Shown one piece after another: positions 20,401 through 28,296 of a stretch of 64,000 nt of DNA (position 1 is its first letter; every line of letters starts with the position of its first letter). The stretch is from a virus. The notes beneath the pieces are model-generated. The model ran no database searches. It was not told where the DNA came from and was given only the letters and a program-made list of their open reading frames with translations. Position numbers and translations under genes: made by a program. The stretch spans positions 32,001-96,000 of IMG/VR virus record IMGVR_UViG_3300044535_000472. One strand, 5' to 3'.

Positions 20401-21398
20401 GCGCCTAAAGAAGTTCCAGAGATTGGGACTGTAACCCAGTTTTCTGGTTTATTAAAATTATCCTTCGTGTAAGCAAATAAGTTTGTCATAAACTTAATTT
20501 CTTCATTAAGGATTTCCTGAGCCTTTTCTACAGATATCCCCTTACGCTTAGCAATATCTTCTGGAGCAAGTACACGCTTTCCTATATTTTCTGAAGCTGC
20601 TCTACCTGATCTAGCCTCAAAGTAAATAGGCTTACCGTTATTCTTGTTTGTAACATTATAGTCATTGTCAAAGAAAAGAATGTTACCACTTGCATCTGTA
20701 ACAGCTAGCAAAAGATTGTCAGCTCTTGAATAAGCTGTGGTATCATAAATATCATTTTTCTTTACTAGAGTTTGCAATGCACCTCTTGGTATAGCCGTTA
20801 AGTGATATCCGTAATCTTTATCTTTTGCGTTGTTAGTTATGTGTAGGATGAAATCGTAGTAAAATGCTTTTGCAGGGTCAGCTACGCGATCTTCTAATTT
20901 AGTTGCAGCATTAACTAAGTTCTGAATACCAGTTGTAGAAAAAAGACTATCTACAATATAGTTAAATGATGTAGCAAGTTCTAATGCATTACCCGCTGGT
21001 AATTCACCACTAGTAGATCTTTCAATTGCAGCTTTAACTTCTACCTCTTCAACTTTTTCTGCAGTTTCACCAGTGCCTAAATATGCTTGAACTTTAGAAT
21101 AGTCTTCAAACTCTAGCATTTTATCCGTAACAAAGTTTACATTAAACCCTGTTTTGATTAAGTGCATAGTAACATTGTTGTTAATAAAGGCAGCCTGACT
21201 AATAATACTTGGTAGTATTTGGGTATATGCCTCAGTAACTAATTGGTCATCTGCATTTTTAGAAATAAGACCCACAATATCTTTCATGTAGGTCTCTGGA
21301 TTTATCGGAGTATTATTTGAAAACGCTTCATAAAAATCACGATATACCATTTGGTAAAGCGAGTCTCTTTCTTTTTGACTTATACTACAGATTGCCAT
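11430..21398 (-). CDS. virion DNA-dependent RNA polymerase of crAss-like type (3322 aa) with an N-terminal zincin-like domain
   Basis: RIPVQGLNSM...IVAKSGGDFDIDKL: the DFDID catalytic motif (14481-14495) is the hallmark of the single-chain double-psi-barrel RNAP of crAss-like phages. EGDAQGWIT and KMQYWG segments are also present, as is LYHEAWH..EEFLAEEF (zincin). Confidence 0.9.
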   Translation of the reverse strand: MAICSISQKERDSLYQMVYRDFYEAFSNNTPINPETYMKDIVGLISKNADDQLVTEAYTQILPSIISQAAFINNNVTMHLIKTGFNVNFVTDKMLEFEDYSKVQAYLGTGETAEKVEEVEVKAAIERSTSGELPAGNALELATSFNYIVDSLFSTTGIQNLVNAATKLEDRVADPAKAFYYDFILHITNNAKDKDYGYHLTAIPRGALQTLVKKNDIYDTTAYSRADNLLLAVTDASGNILFFDNDYNVTNKNNGKPIYFEARSGRAASENIGKRVLAPEDIAKRKGISVEKAQEILNEEIKFMTNLFAYTKDNFNKPENWVTVPISGTSLGAMYVDYNLLTPISKVNFINQVFKPVIVPEKNYRASGQTKTNQVFYINGVTGAIPIISRGMSSDIARKLARLIARPVFEINDLGEKRELTVDEKNKYLSEYIYLPESGIEFNYVKGLGRVLKLSGKSIDAQKEAEAEDAIYKHLFEKFYVSGTEVTEKELKSGFLDGKTVINKQIDKAYEDKLDENTIVEDPIARKRDKGTGYFKVYKRRLHIKSDVLGDINGLFDNFNINEKDGEWIKTKNEVNYVDYIKDNFFINIPLNKDNQIVGLNGHIKFDPSDENFEKILNYERKKAAAPTKTNKGKKSATTKPAAKEKGKKAPAEKVEEAPKPSAWEVINEIVKNDSLEDDEFQGLSRNKKQARDFVRQFGLRFDIAQLSPNELKAKLEEAKKWFDNSIFKDKFPLENLMNEVNTYDPTSVAKWYQNAIILFEGANYSDLYHEAWHGFTRMFMTDAQRQELYEKTRKRSGNFRTYKGVYRDFAKASDLELEEFLAEEFRAYMLSGGKMEIKDVTQRSIFRKILDFFLELFGVQSYNDMVLNQEALTYANDIYNKLQFGRLTEYSYSEQNLPAEIRQQVMNKGAEAINEDYSTPLLTMRNSMEIVDTLDSLVSDFVNLRIGVTEDGSGDKAYYTTALLAIPKGREAALQYAKTKIEEAIEALDIQIANATTDSEKQRLLNQQDALVWATDNWDTESDKGIIAYYNKKSRFSDFVTASEKAVLLFEDTGEFKSRDGHDRRGNEASLLDLANESVIYLIKSLHALESNGDKALNNLGFNTLMDFGIAWNRITRILQGANSPQEMYSRLQDSKEDYPFIQELLIKLGNPDTQMTANAQNLWTQFNDAFNKTRVPLVALVIDRTTNVLERDAEGNIIKTEFEYSAKVGGASTADAKVGRDWNDRFKTTTTKYIKPDINGNNFLDIDAIYNDYASQYNSLNRLKFLQDVGIYFDNKSKIIAALNKMIPNPAKVMFDRIEAIKLHNDKMIAENKPKSIIVVRKIDDLINPTKKVRQDGDVLKGLRGFYNSLQKIQATYTDDYSDFMVLNAAGDAQYEFMENNTITQMIRELQEAPDFNTLIAKPEMSHLSALRNPFVSNDPDPRRKRLVTIHELFDMSKANGPKRGIKEEVGSNEKITIDINNLAGVSFTVNGEPSNGIAASDSDEFTKRLTDFHVSVIHGLPMGTTPADKSTILVYHLSNRKYYVNPREFALGTNGEAAAFNILLGYLEAELDRINRVKALPANAPERMIPVGKSTYGVEGEKFVIFSDMIRPELQEELKSIPAEYGGRLRDYLDLPESSDLKKRIADDVIKVYFANKINEFTEKLVEAEYMDDTMHNKIQELYAGNDTKAKKLTRNQTRNIAIKTHVYNSFIHNVETVLLYHGDPALYNMAKEEFQKRNAGINSGGIIPRTDPAMLRYLNNVVFAPDKASYRSSSWYTGQSVEKSYGEQFRSAVLEDVETKSLYYAAIEDDIRTSIKNSPGYKNGKLTDEDVEKIVKERAKPYREMKEGDAQGWITFDGYKALSIMMGAWSDTQELLYRDVLAKKNIDQTKIKEFFPVLKMQYWGPLATNGLPLTAFHKFSLVPLIPSTIEGSDLEKLHNKMVEQKVDYALFGSGSKIATITPNGKPDKFYKNSEDATNRELAFTEDGYMFTPNDIFLKYFKKQLEIAPKYKNKTTFPTQLRKLIESGLMENGVPTDFEPDMPKEVRIANWSKIGDDRAKRRESKNYSLIKRFQGNLENLMAQKKQELLDEIGWTYENGKPTGPLDKLFAYIESQLTKRELAEHHLDFVKLNKEGKLKSSLDVSLAAAEIEKVLVSIINKKLIKQKVTGEALVQVSGAGYTNRDFFNANKDSKERLEVLGTNDLPFYRKKDGKTMAMKIKIGIQGEYKKLLDLPKVTEMIEDAARKGQSLTRLQALNQLLKDESWLNEDNNRKLVSLAGVRIPVQGLNSMEFMEVYEFLPEGSNQIVLPAEIVAKSGGDFDIDKLTTLMYKLTKNEDGSVSIAEDFQNDVITDIMDILSLESNYVDLITPNATDIVLPIAQELASKVRPYDSLQNVFTERGKEIKGTRIFEIEYNIYKHGSNSIGKRTLGQGAVDNTYSVIFNTVGAYLQPKYIIGEDEKGDPIKKEQTIYLPHNTLLTPDGAAISLSNLYDADGVNKVSDVISQLINGWVDIAKDPWIFDIQGNNFVAPALLLMVQAGVPIRQAAYFVSQPIIRQYINEVKKAKSAYAGPLGIELSNPNFFRSEARRKVLMNFPEMLAYTDTNDDGETVLYSKSIKNAASDIAGSLKDKVFNQQYFEDHLQDELDFENTDQLALLLHFLDIEDMSKVITAVKRTTNLDTQVASSLFETNLRQHQADQLREDDRFGEDVISKILDESSISSFGIAEFMSDIYKNLFTIRDSKLVNDFLLKKLSDKKFKSAVSDTFGEQDAFISNFRNDLVMFMFQNYMRNLDLDSIKYYKSLQVASKSVKLKPTTKSPVSVFVKNVKLKDKTTIPMMYFDKQKLVEEFESLQANSGKENINITNPELPFEFGIIRSGMFQNIREYGRYVMEREYLRNAIPVSDIIKRSDYIQYKKDFIAAKFEEIEESELENKATTFAYENTLRDMALDNTFNQYYILKSPTKSYAKRLLDIKEKYPDLVQKYKVLDFLTADEAKTKERVIKFKSGKLDADRINRFHEDLVELTDPFNLIETANMTSSEAQEISKFFTNLPIYTMFTTGFNSKGEYGIGQIMPDTRLTPILESMINYMETNKLMTWNLINSYFNKFSTVNSYKNTSSRYKVRNYTLDQPLWKASRNPAADLTGSFGAVQTFRDNYQSPSFIVGKAEKDVDIKQAINKLLSDRSNYLFVYNGASNPTAKPLETNDSVFALSQENTNSFGLTSKLGYQDVVSQQMTDNNYDENIKAIENSIQALKKAAKDYDNKIFWNAAGYGQYMIGADVNGENVNQKRAKAPKTFVYLSKRLYEEFGYKNKNYEVVAPKKFIRVTREDILNKVQELNKC

Positions 21399-24300
21399 TA
21401 TTCACAACGATTTTTAAGATTATTTAAAAAGTTATTTTGCGCTTGGGCCTTAGTCATCTTTTCAGCATCACTAGCAAGTTTAGCTTGAGCATCTTTATCA
21501 TTAGCTAAAGTTTCTGCATTTGACTTTGATTCATTCATAACTTCATCAGTTTCAGGTTTTGGAGCAGGAGCCTTTTTCTTTTTTGTAGATGAAACAACCA
21601 TCTTATCAATATCTTCTACAACTGATTCATCTAGGATTTCACCTATGGCATCCTCGTCATTCAAAGGTACAACAGTAACTTGTTTTTTACTAACTTTTTT
21701 AACCTTAACTACACGACCATCTTCAAGTTTAATGATCATTCCCACTTCAGGTTTTACTTTAGCTGTTTCTTCAGTTTCAAGAACTTCTGGTTCTTTAACA
21801 ATTTCTTCAATAGCAATACCGTATAGCTTAAGCTCATCAACTATCTTTTTAATTTTTTCATTTAAATCATTGATTTTAACTAAGTTACCTGAGCTTATAG
21901 CTGCAATTTGTTCACCTCTTAGTTTAGATAACTTAGTTTTTAAACCGTCAATTCTTTTTTGCTGTTTAGTTTTTTCAGCTTCAGCTAATGCATCTTCTTC
22001 CTCTTGAGTTCTAGTAACTTCAGAACCTGCTGGTCTACCATATCCAGTAACCTCAAAGATATCACGTGATGTGTTTAGCTTTAATAGTATACTAGGGTTT
22101 TCTGCAGTTCCTGTATTTAAACTAGTAAGACCTTTTACAACACCTCCAGCATTAGTAGAAAGTTGTATTGGTAGGATGTAAATATCGGTGATGTCTTCCC
22201 CAGTAGCTTGGCGAATTAATTCACGGTATGCTAACTGTTGAATTGTATGTCCACGCTCATATTGATATTCATCTGCAGGATCATTATAGCTATCAACTAA
22301 GTTTCTAGTAGACGTCTTTAAGTCAATAATACCTAAATCGCCATTTTCATTATACATAAGAAAGTCAATTTCCCCAGCACGTGGTCCAGCAATATCACCA
22401 AATAAAGTTGGGATACTACCTACTACTTTAAAGCCTTTATCTTTTAAGTATTGTTTAACTTCAACCATTGTGTTGTACAATGCACTTGGGAAAGTCGCAC
22501 TATACTGCATCATTTTCTCACCACTTTCTGAGTCAACTTTACCAGATAACTCTTCTAGTTTTTGTTTTACTTGCTCTGGTGTAGTTAATTTACCATCAAA
22601 GAAATCACGAAAAATAGGGTCAAGTACATTACCACGGTTAGCAGCAGTAGTATTAGTAAACTTCTTGGCTAAGATATCCCTAACGATATCACTAACACGA
22701 GCTACCTTATTGCCATCCTTTTCATATCCACCTTCTACTTTAGTAACTCCACTAGCTTTAAAGCTATCGCTAAGTTTCTTAATTAAAGCTTGTACCTTTT
22801 TATCAGCTTCAGCAAACTTAGCAGCAAACTGAAGATCAGCTATTGCTTGTTGTAGTGTTTGACCTTGAGCATGTAAAGCAACAACCTCATCTTCGGTTAA
22901 ACCATTAATATGTTCTGGTAACCAACCTCTTGCAAATAGATCATCTCTAATCTGCTGAATATCAAGTGGTTTAGGTTCTTCTGGTTTTTCTTCAACAGGA
23001 GCTTCAGTTTTACTTTTCTTCCAGTTTTCAATAATTGTAACAGCCTTTGGGTTAGTTTGAATAAAGTTTTTAAAGCCTATTTTGCTTTCTTTTATTTTAG
23101 CAACGGCAGCTACTTTTTTATAAGCATCATAAAGTAAATCGGAAAGATCTTTAGGAAGCTTTTCAACAGGGGTGTTAATATCAATATTATCTACATCTTC
23201 TGCTGTTGTACTAAATCCTTCTAATGGTGTAACCTCAGGAACTTCTTCAGTAGTAGCAGTAGAGGTTTTAGTAGATGCTGTTTTTACCAATACAGGTAAA
23301 CTAATCATTACCGAACCATTTGCTGCATTAAATCTTAATTCAGCTTCGGGTAGTAACTTAGTTACTTGTTCTTTAATTTTATTAAACTCTTCTCTAGTTA
23401 AACCTGTTTTTTGCTCATATAAATCACTTATTTCATCTTCTGTTTTTGCAGAACGTAATGCATCTAAAGTAGCAGCATTTAAACTAACATTGCTAGTAAT
23501 TATATTTCCAGATGCATCTCTTAATAACTCATATCCTCTTTTTAAGTTATTAGCATATACTCGTAAACCGTCAAGAGAAATGTTTGTTTTTTCAGTGTAC
23601 TCATGTTCTGCAGGTAAAGACTTTTGAACTTCTGCAAGCATAGTCTTAAAGTTATCTTTATTACCAGACTTGTTCTCCATTTTAGAAGTCCATCTATTAG
23701 TTGGAGTAGTAACAACTTTACCATCTTTTATAGACCTTTCATATATTCTTATATAACCAACATAATCATTATCAGATGTTCCTGTCATGATAACATCTAC
23801 TAATCCATTATCTGGGTTAGTATATTCAGCAAGACCAATTCCGTTAACTTCTCTATAGCCTGATATTTTTGAATTTTTACCACTACCTCCAACTACATCA
23901 GCAAACTCAGTTTCATCTGGGAATAAATCTTTTCTTTTTCTATTCTTAATTGCATCTTCTGGTGTTTCTGTTGCAGGTTTAGTACCCTTAGCTTTTGCTC
24001 CTAATGCATCTGCCTCAGCATTAGCTTCTTCAAATCCAATTACCTCACCATCTACTGTTACAGTTAATGGTTGAACACCAAGTTTTAAAGCTCTAGATGT
24101 TGCATATATTATTGCCTGTAAAAGCTTTACTCTTCTATCATTTTCTTCTGGAGTAAGTTTATCGCTTTTTTCTATTACAGGAGTTTCTTCAGCCGTAGTT
24201 GTTTCTTCTTCTTCAATAGCAACTTCTTCTAGTACTTCATCCTTTGGTTCTTCAACAGATTCCATAGCAGGAGACTTTCTACGCTCACCCGGTTTTTGTA

Positions 24301-27300
24301 AGTAATCCGTTTGATCAATAGTTAATCCTACTAATGCTACAGCTTGCTTTAATACATTATCATCAGAACTTTTTATCTTAAATGTATTCTTAATAAACTT
24401 TTTAATAGAGTTTACTACTTGAGTAAATGTACTTTCTTTTGGAGTTCTAGTAGATTTAACCTGAATAAGTAACGCCTGAAACTGTGGGTTAGTCATTACC
24501 TCATTAATAAAACTAACAGGTGACGCCATACCCATTGGTATCTTACCTCCAAAGTCATCAAGTAAAGATGGATTAGTTTGAACTGTTGCTTTTACAGCAT
24601 CCATCATTTCTTCTACCTCAGCTGCAAATTCTTCATCTTGTAAAAAGTCTGTAGTTAAAGACATCATCATACCTTTTAATACAAGGTATTCTGCTCTATA
24701 CTCATTGTCTTTATAATTAGAAGACGCATATCTAAAATCAATAATGAGCCCGTTTTTAGGATCATGTGAAATAGGTACGCTATGATTAGGTCTAATGGTA
24801 ACTTTCATGTCACCCTTGTTTAGACTTAAAATCTTTTGCGCTAATTTCTTTTCAGCTGACGTTGCAAACTTGCTATTAATAATAAAATTACAAAGATCAT
24901 CCATAGATACTTGAGATGCTTTAGACATATCAATACCTAACTCGTTAGCATAATCTTGTACATTGCGGGTATCTTGACCATTTTTTTTCTTATGTGCAAA
25001 ACTAAAATACTCTTCTAGTAAACCAAGTTCTGCAGCCGCTTCACGAATAGGTCTTTCTTTAACAACCTTATTGTATACCTTTTCATAGTTATCAAACATT
25101 TCTTCAATAGCTGGTATACGAAGATCATTTCCTTTTATAGGCTCTAATGTCTTTGCATCAATTAGTGTTGGATACCTATCATTTTTTTCAAATGCTTCAA
25201 TATCCTCTACACTTACAAATACACCTTGTTGTTCAAATAAAGCTTTTAAGAATGCGTTTTGGATCATACCCTTCATGAACTTCTTTTTCTGTTCTCTAAG
25301 GATATCCTTACGCTTTTCATATACACGCTTTAATGAGTAGCCAATATTATTTTTAAACTCATTAAAACCAATAGGATCGGTTAACATATTAACCCACTTA
25401 GCCATATTTCTATTATCTGTACCTAATGAATGCCAATCATTATACATGGTAAACATATCATTAAGCTCTTCTGCTAAGAAAGGTCTAACGTTACTTGTAG
25501 TAGTCATGTCATTAAAGTACTTATCAAAAGCGCTCTTTAATACATTCTTATATTCGTCTAATGCATCTTGAGATGTTAAATCATCTAATGTAAACTCTGT
25601 TTCATCTTCTAGATTTTTCTTATCTAGGTTTTCAATAAAAGCTTTTCTTGCATCTTCAAGTTCTCTTTTTTCTTCTGCAGTAAGTGTGCTTTTTCCAGCA
25701 AGACTTAAAAGAGTTGAATAAATAGAAGATGCATTGGCAAGATTCTCAAGGTTATCAGCTTCACGTGTTAAACGTTTTGCAATTTTAGTTTCACCATTCT
25801 CTTCATTTATTTTAGCCTGAGCTCTTAATGATTTAACATCATCTTGCATTTGTGATACAGAGAATATCTTAGATGCACGCATTCCAGGCATTCTAGAAAA
25901 ACTAGGAATTGCAGCAAACTTTTCTTGTATGCCTTGAATTCTATCTAAAGTTTCTTCAAATGTTTTACTAGAATATACAGCAAAGAATGTAGCCTCCTCA
26001 TGCGCATTATAATTATTTACTTCTGCAGCATAAGCCTCAGGGTTAGTAAACTTATTAATCTTGCTTGGATCATACTTGTTAGGCATTTTTTCACGGAAGC
26101 TTTCAAAACGCTGACCTAAATCTTGTACGTTTCTAATAGCTTTTTCTAATCTTGAAAAATATTTTGCTTGATCAGCTTCTACATAATTTTCACCTAAAGC
26201 ATTTGCTAGCTCTTCAGCATTAAGTTGTCTTAAGTCTTTTAGGTTATCTATAAGAACATCTAAGCGTCCGGCTTGAGCAAGTGTATGCACATAGCTTATT
26301 GTAGCATCATTTCTAATATCACGTTGATCTTTTTCATCACCTAAAGCTTCAGCTACATGTCCAACTCTTGCATAGTTAATTTGTTCTCCACCCGCTTTAT
26401 CAAATAACTTATAGAATTCTCCAGGATCATCTGCAGATTTTTGAGCAGCTGTTAAAACTCTATTAGCTTGATCATTTAAATCAGCTGCGTATTTCTCATA
26501 GTTTTCTTTACCCATCCAAGTCTTTTTGCCAAGCTCAACCATTGGATTAGCAACTGATTTTACCATAGAGGTTCCAGTGTATATTGCTCCACCGCTTAAT
26601 AAACCTTGTGCAAAAACTTCTAGACCTTCTTTACTATATTGACTATTAGCACCAACAAGTATAGATTCTCCCAATACTCCTTTGTGAAATTTAAGCGGAT
26701 CTTGAAACTTGGTAGTGTAGTAGTGGTCAACACCTTTAATAGCAGCCTCTTGGAATAATTCCTGAATACCTTCTGGTACATTTTTACCTAAGTAATCAAG
26801 TAGTCTACCAGGAGTTTGCATCATCGCATGTTTTAAATATGCTTTCTTACCCCACCTTTTAATATTATTTTCAATAAGCTCGTAACTAGCTTTACCAGCT
26901 GCACCAGCTATAGTAGATTTTACTAAATGCTTGTTATAATTTTTTACAAATTGATCTGCTAAACTTCTTTTTACTGCACCATGTCCAATTATTTTTTCAA
27001 AACCAAAAGCGTTGGTCATGTATATAATAGGAAGATTTATAAGCGTAACAGCTTTACCGTTTTGCTCAGCAATAGTTAAAATTTTTGAAGCATCTTCACC
27101 AGTTGGTCCAGTAGAAAGTTTTTGCTTAGCATCTATTAACTCATTGTGCAATTGCTCATAACGAGTTTTATCTGTAATCTCATTATTTTCATTAATAAGA
27201 GATTGCATTTCTTTATTAATACTAGCAATTTTCTTTTGTTGAACTGCACCATATTCTTGTCTACCTGATTCAATTTTTTCTAGTATAGCACCACCACCTT

Positions 27301-28294
27301 CAGTTTGAGCTTCATTAATACCAAATCTTATACGCTGAAGATCTGCATAGCCTCCACCAACACTTCTCATTATTGCAGCAACCCCATTTAATTCACGAGC
27401 TTCATCAAGACCTCTTATTGTATTTTTTAAAGGATTAATTTCTTTTGCAAAACCAACACCCATGCCTTTTATACCACCTAAACCTTTTTGACCTTCCCAG
27501 ATCATTCTTAATTTAGCCACATTATCTGCTTTGCTAAAAGCGGATAATCCAGTTTTTATAGCCTTACCTCTTTCAATAAGAGAAGGTATACGAAGTATAT
27601 TTCTAGCAGCTGCGGCGTCTAATGGTTTTGTTGCTGCAGTAAGTCCCAATCTTGAAGCAGTAAACTTAGTAGCAGCTATAGCACTTTCTTCTATTAACAC
27701 ACCTGCTGCTATACCTAATGTAGGAGCTAGGTTTGCAAAAAAGTTTACAGAGCTACCAGCAAATCCTGGCTTACTTGACATCATAATAGACATACCATCT
27801 TGGTATGCCTTAGCACCTTCTATATCAGGAGTAGCATCAAATAAATCACTAGGCTTTGTATATGGCTTTAAATAATCTTTAGTAAAACCCCACATGGTAC
27901 TAGGAAGGTATTTAGCCATCCTAATAAAATCACCGCCCACTCTACCATGCTCATTATAATATTGCTCAGTATCAAAGTTTGCAGGATTAATACCAAGTAC
28001 ATCTACATCAGGATGTGCATAATATCTTTTTAAATTAAGACCTTCACTACCAGCACCAAATTGAGTAGGTTGTGAAAAACGCAAAGGATCAACTTTAACA
28101 CTAGCAATCTCGGAAATTTTATTGTTCCAATCATTAATTGTTGGTGCTCCCGTATTTGTAACTTTTATTGGCGTTGAGGTTTTTGGTTTAAATTCTGGCG
28201 CAGGTTTAACAGCTGGCTGTTGCGCCTTTGCTGTCATATTATCCCAAAATTCAAAAACAGAAGGTGTGCCTTGCGGAGTTTGTTCGTTTGCCAT
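21398..28294 (-). CDS. giant virion-ejected protein (2298 aa) with hydrophobic N-terminal helices, a degenerate zincin-like domain and a PD-(D/E)XK nuclease domain
   Basis: Gly/Ala-rich hydrophobic segments near the N-terminus; RGNVLD..GEIDFLM..IIDLKTS..QQLAY nuclease motifs; position directly before the RNAP gene. Confidence 0.75.
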   Translation of the reverse strand: MANEQTPQGTPSVFEFWDNMTAKAQQPAVKPAPEFKPKTSTPIKVTNTGAPTINDWNNKISEIASVKVDPLRFSQPTQFGAGSEGLNLKRYYAHPDVDVLGINPANFDTEQYYNEHGRVGGDFIRMAKYLPSTMWGFTKDYLKPYTKPSDLFDATPDIEGAKAYQDGMSIMMSSKPGFAGSSVNFFANLAPTLGIAAGVLIEESAIAATKFTASRLGLTAATKPLDAAAARNILRIPSLIERGKAIKTGLSAFSKADNVAKLRMIWEGQKGLGGIKGMGVGFAKEINPLKNTIRGLDEARELNGVAAIMRSVGGGYADLQRIRFGINEAQTEGGGAILEKIESGRQEYGAVQQKKIASINKEMQSLINENNEITDKTRYEQLHNELIDAKQKLSTGPTGEDASKILTIAEQNGKAVTLINLPIIYMTNAFGFEKIIGHGAVKRSLADQFVKNYNKHLVKSTIAGAAGKASYELIENNIKRWGKKAYLKHAMMQTPGRLLDYLGKNVPEGIQELFQEAAIKGVDHYYTTKFQDPLKFHKGVLGESILVGANSQYSKEGLEVFAQGLLSGGAIYTGTSMVKSVANPMVELGKKTWMGKENYEKYAADLNDQANRVLTAAQKSADDPGEFYKLFDKAGGEQINYARVGHVAEALGDEKDQRDIRNDATISYVHTLAQAGRLDVLIDNLKDLRQLNAEELANALGENYVEADQAKYFSRLEKAIRNVQDLGQRFESFREKMPNKYDPSKINKFTNPEAYAAEVNNYNAHEEATFFAVYSSKTFEETLDRIQGIQEKFAAIPSFSRMPGMRASKIFSVSQMQDDVKSLRAQAKINEENGETKIAKRLTREADNLENLANASSIYSTLLSLAGKSTLTAEEKRELEDARKAFIENLDKKNLEDETEFTLDDLTSQDALDEYKNVLKSAFDKYFNDMTTTSNVRPFLAEELNDMFTMYNDWHSLGTDNRNMAKWVNMLTDPIGFNEFKNNIGYSLKRVYEKRKDILREQKKKFMKGMIQNAFLKALFEQQGVFVSVEDIEAFEKNDRYPTLIDAKTLEPIKGNDLRIPAIEEMFDNYEKVYNKVVKERPIREAAAELGLLEEYFSFAHKKKNGQDTRNVQDYANELGIDMSKASQVSMDDLCNFIINSKFATSAEKKLAQKILSLNKGDMKVTIRPNHSVPISHDPKNGLIIDFRYASSNYKDNEYRAEYLVLKGMMMSLTTDFLQDEEFAAEVEEMMDAVKATVQTNPSLLDDFGGKIPMGMASPVSFINEVMTNPQFQALLIQVKSTRTPKESTFTQVVNSIKKFIKNTFKIKSSDDNVLKQAVALVGLTIDQTDYLQKPGERRKSPAMESVEEPKDEVLEEVAIEEEETTTAEETPVIEKSDKLTPEENDRRVKLLQAIIYATSRALKLGVQPLTVTVDGEVIGFEEANAEADALGAKAKGTKPATETPEDAIKNRKRKDLFPDETEFADVVGGSGKNSKISGYREVNGIGLAEYTNPDNGLVDVIMTGTSDNDYVGYIRIYERSIKDGKVVTTPTNRWTSKMENKSGNKDNFKTMLAEVQKSLPAEHEYTEKTNISLDGLRVYANNLKRGYELLRDASGNIITSNVSLNAATLDALRSAKTEDEISDLYEQKTGLTREEFNKIKEQVTKLLPEAELRFNAANGSVMISLPVLVKTASTKTSTATTEEVPEVTPLEGFSTTAEDVDNIDINTPVEKLPKDLSDLLYDAYKKVAAVAKIKESKIGFKNFIQTNPKAVTIIENWKKSKTEAPVEEKPEEPKPLDIQQIRDDLFARGWLPEHINGLTEDEVVALHAQGQTLQQAIADLQFAAKFAEADKKVQALIKKLSDSFKASGVTKVEGGYEKDGNKVARVSDIVRDILAKKFTNTTAANRGNVLDPIFRDFFDGKLTTPEQVKQKLEELSGKVDSESGEKMMQYSATFPSALYNTMVEVKQYLKDKGFKVVGSIPTLFGDIAGPRAGEIDFLMYNENGDLGIIDLKTSTRNLVDSYNDPADEYQYERGHTIQQLAYRELIRQATGEDITDIYILPIQLSTNAGGVVKGLTSLNTGTAENPSILLKLNTSRDIFEVTGYGRPAGSEVTRTQEEEDALAEAEKTKQQKRIDGLKTKLSKLRGEQIAAISSGNLVKINDLNEKIKKIVDELKLYGIAIEEIVKEPEVLETEETAKVKPEVGMIIKLEDGRVVKVKKVSKKQVTVVPLNDEDAIGEILDESVVEDIDKMVVSSTKKKKAPAPKPETDEVMNESKSNAETLANDKDAQAKLASDAEKMTKAQAQNNFLNNLKNRCE

Positions 28295-28296
28295 AA

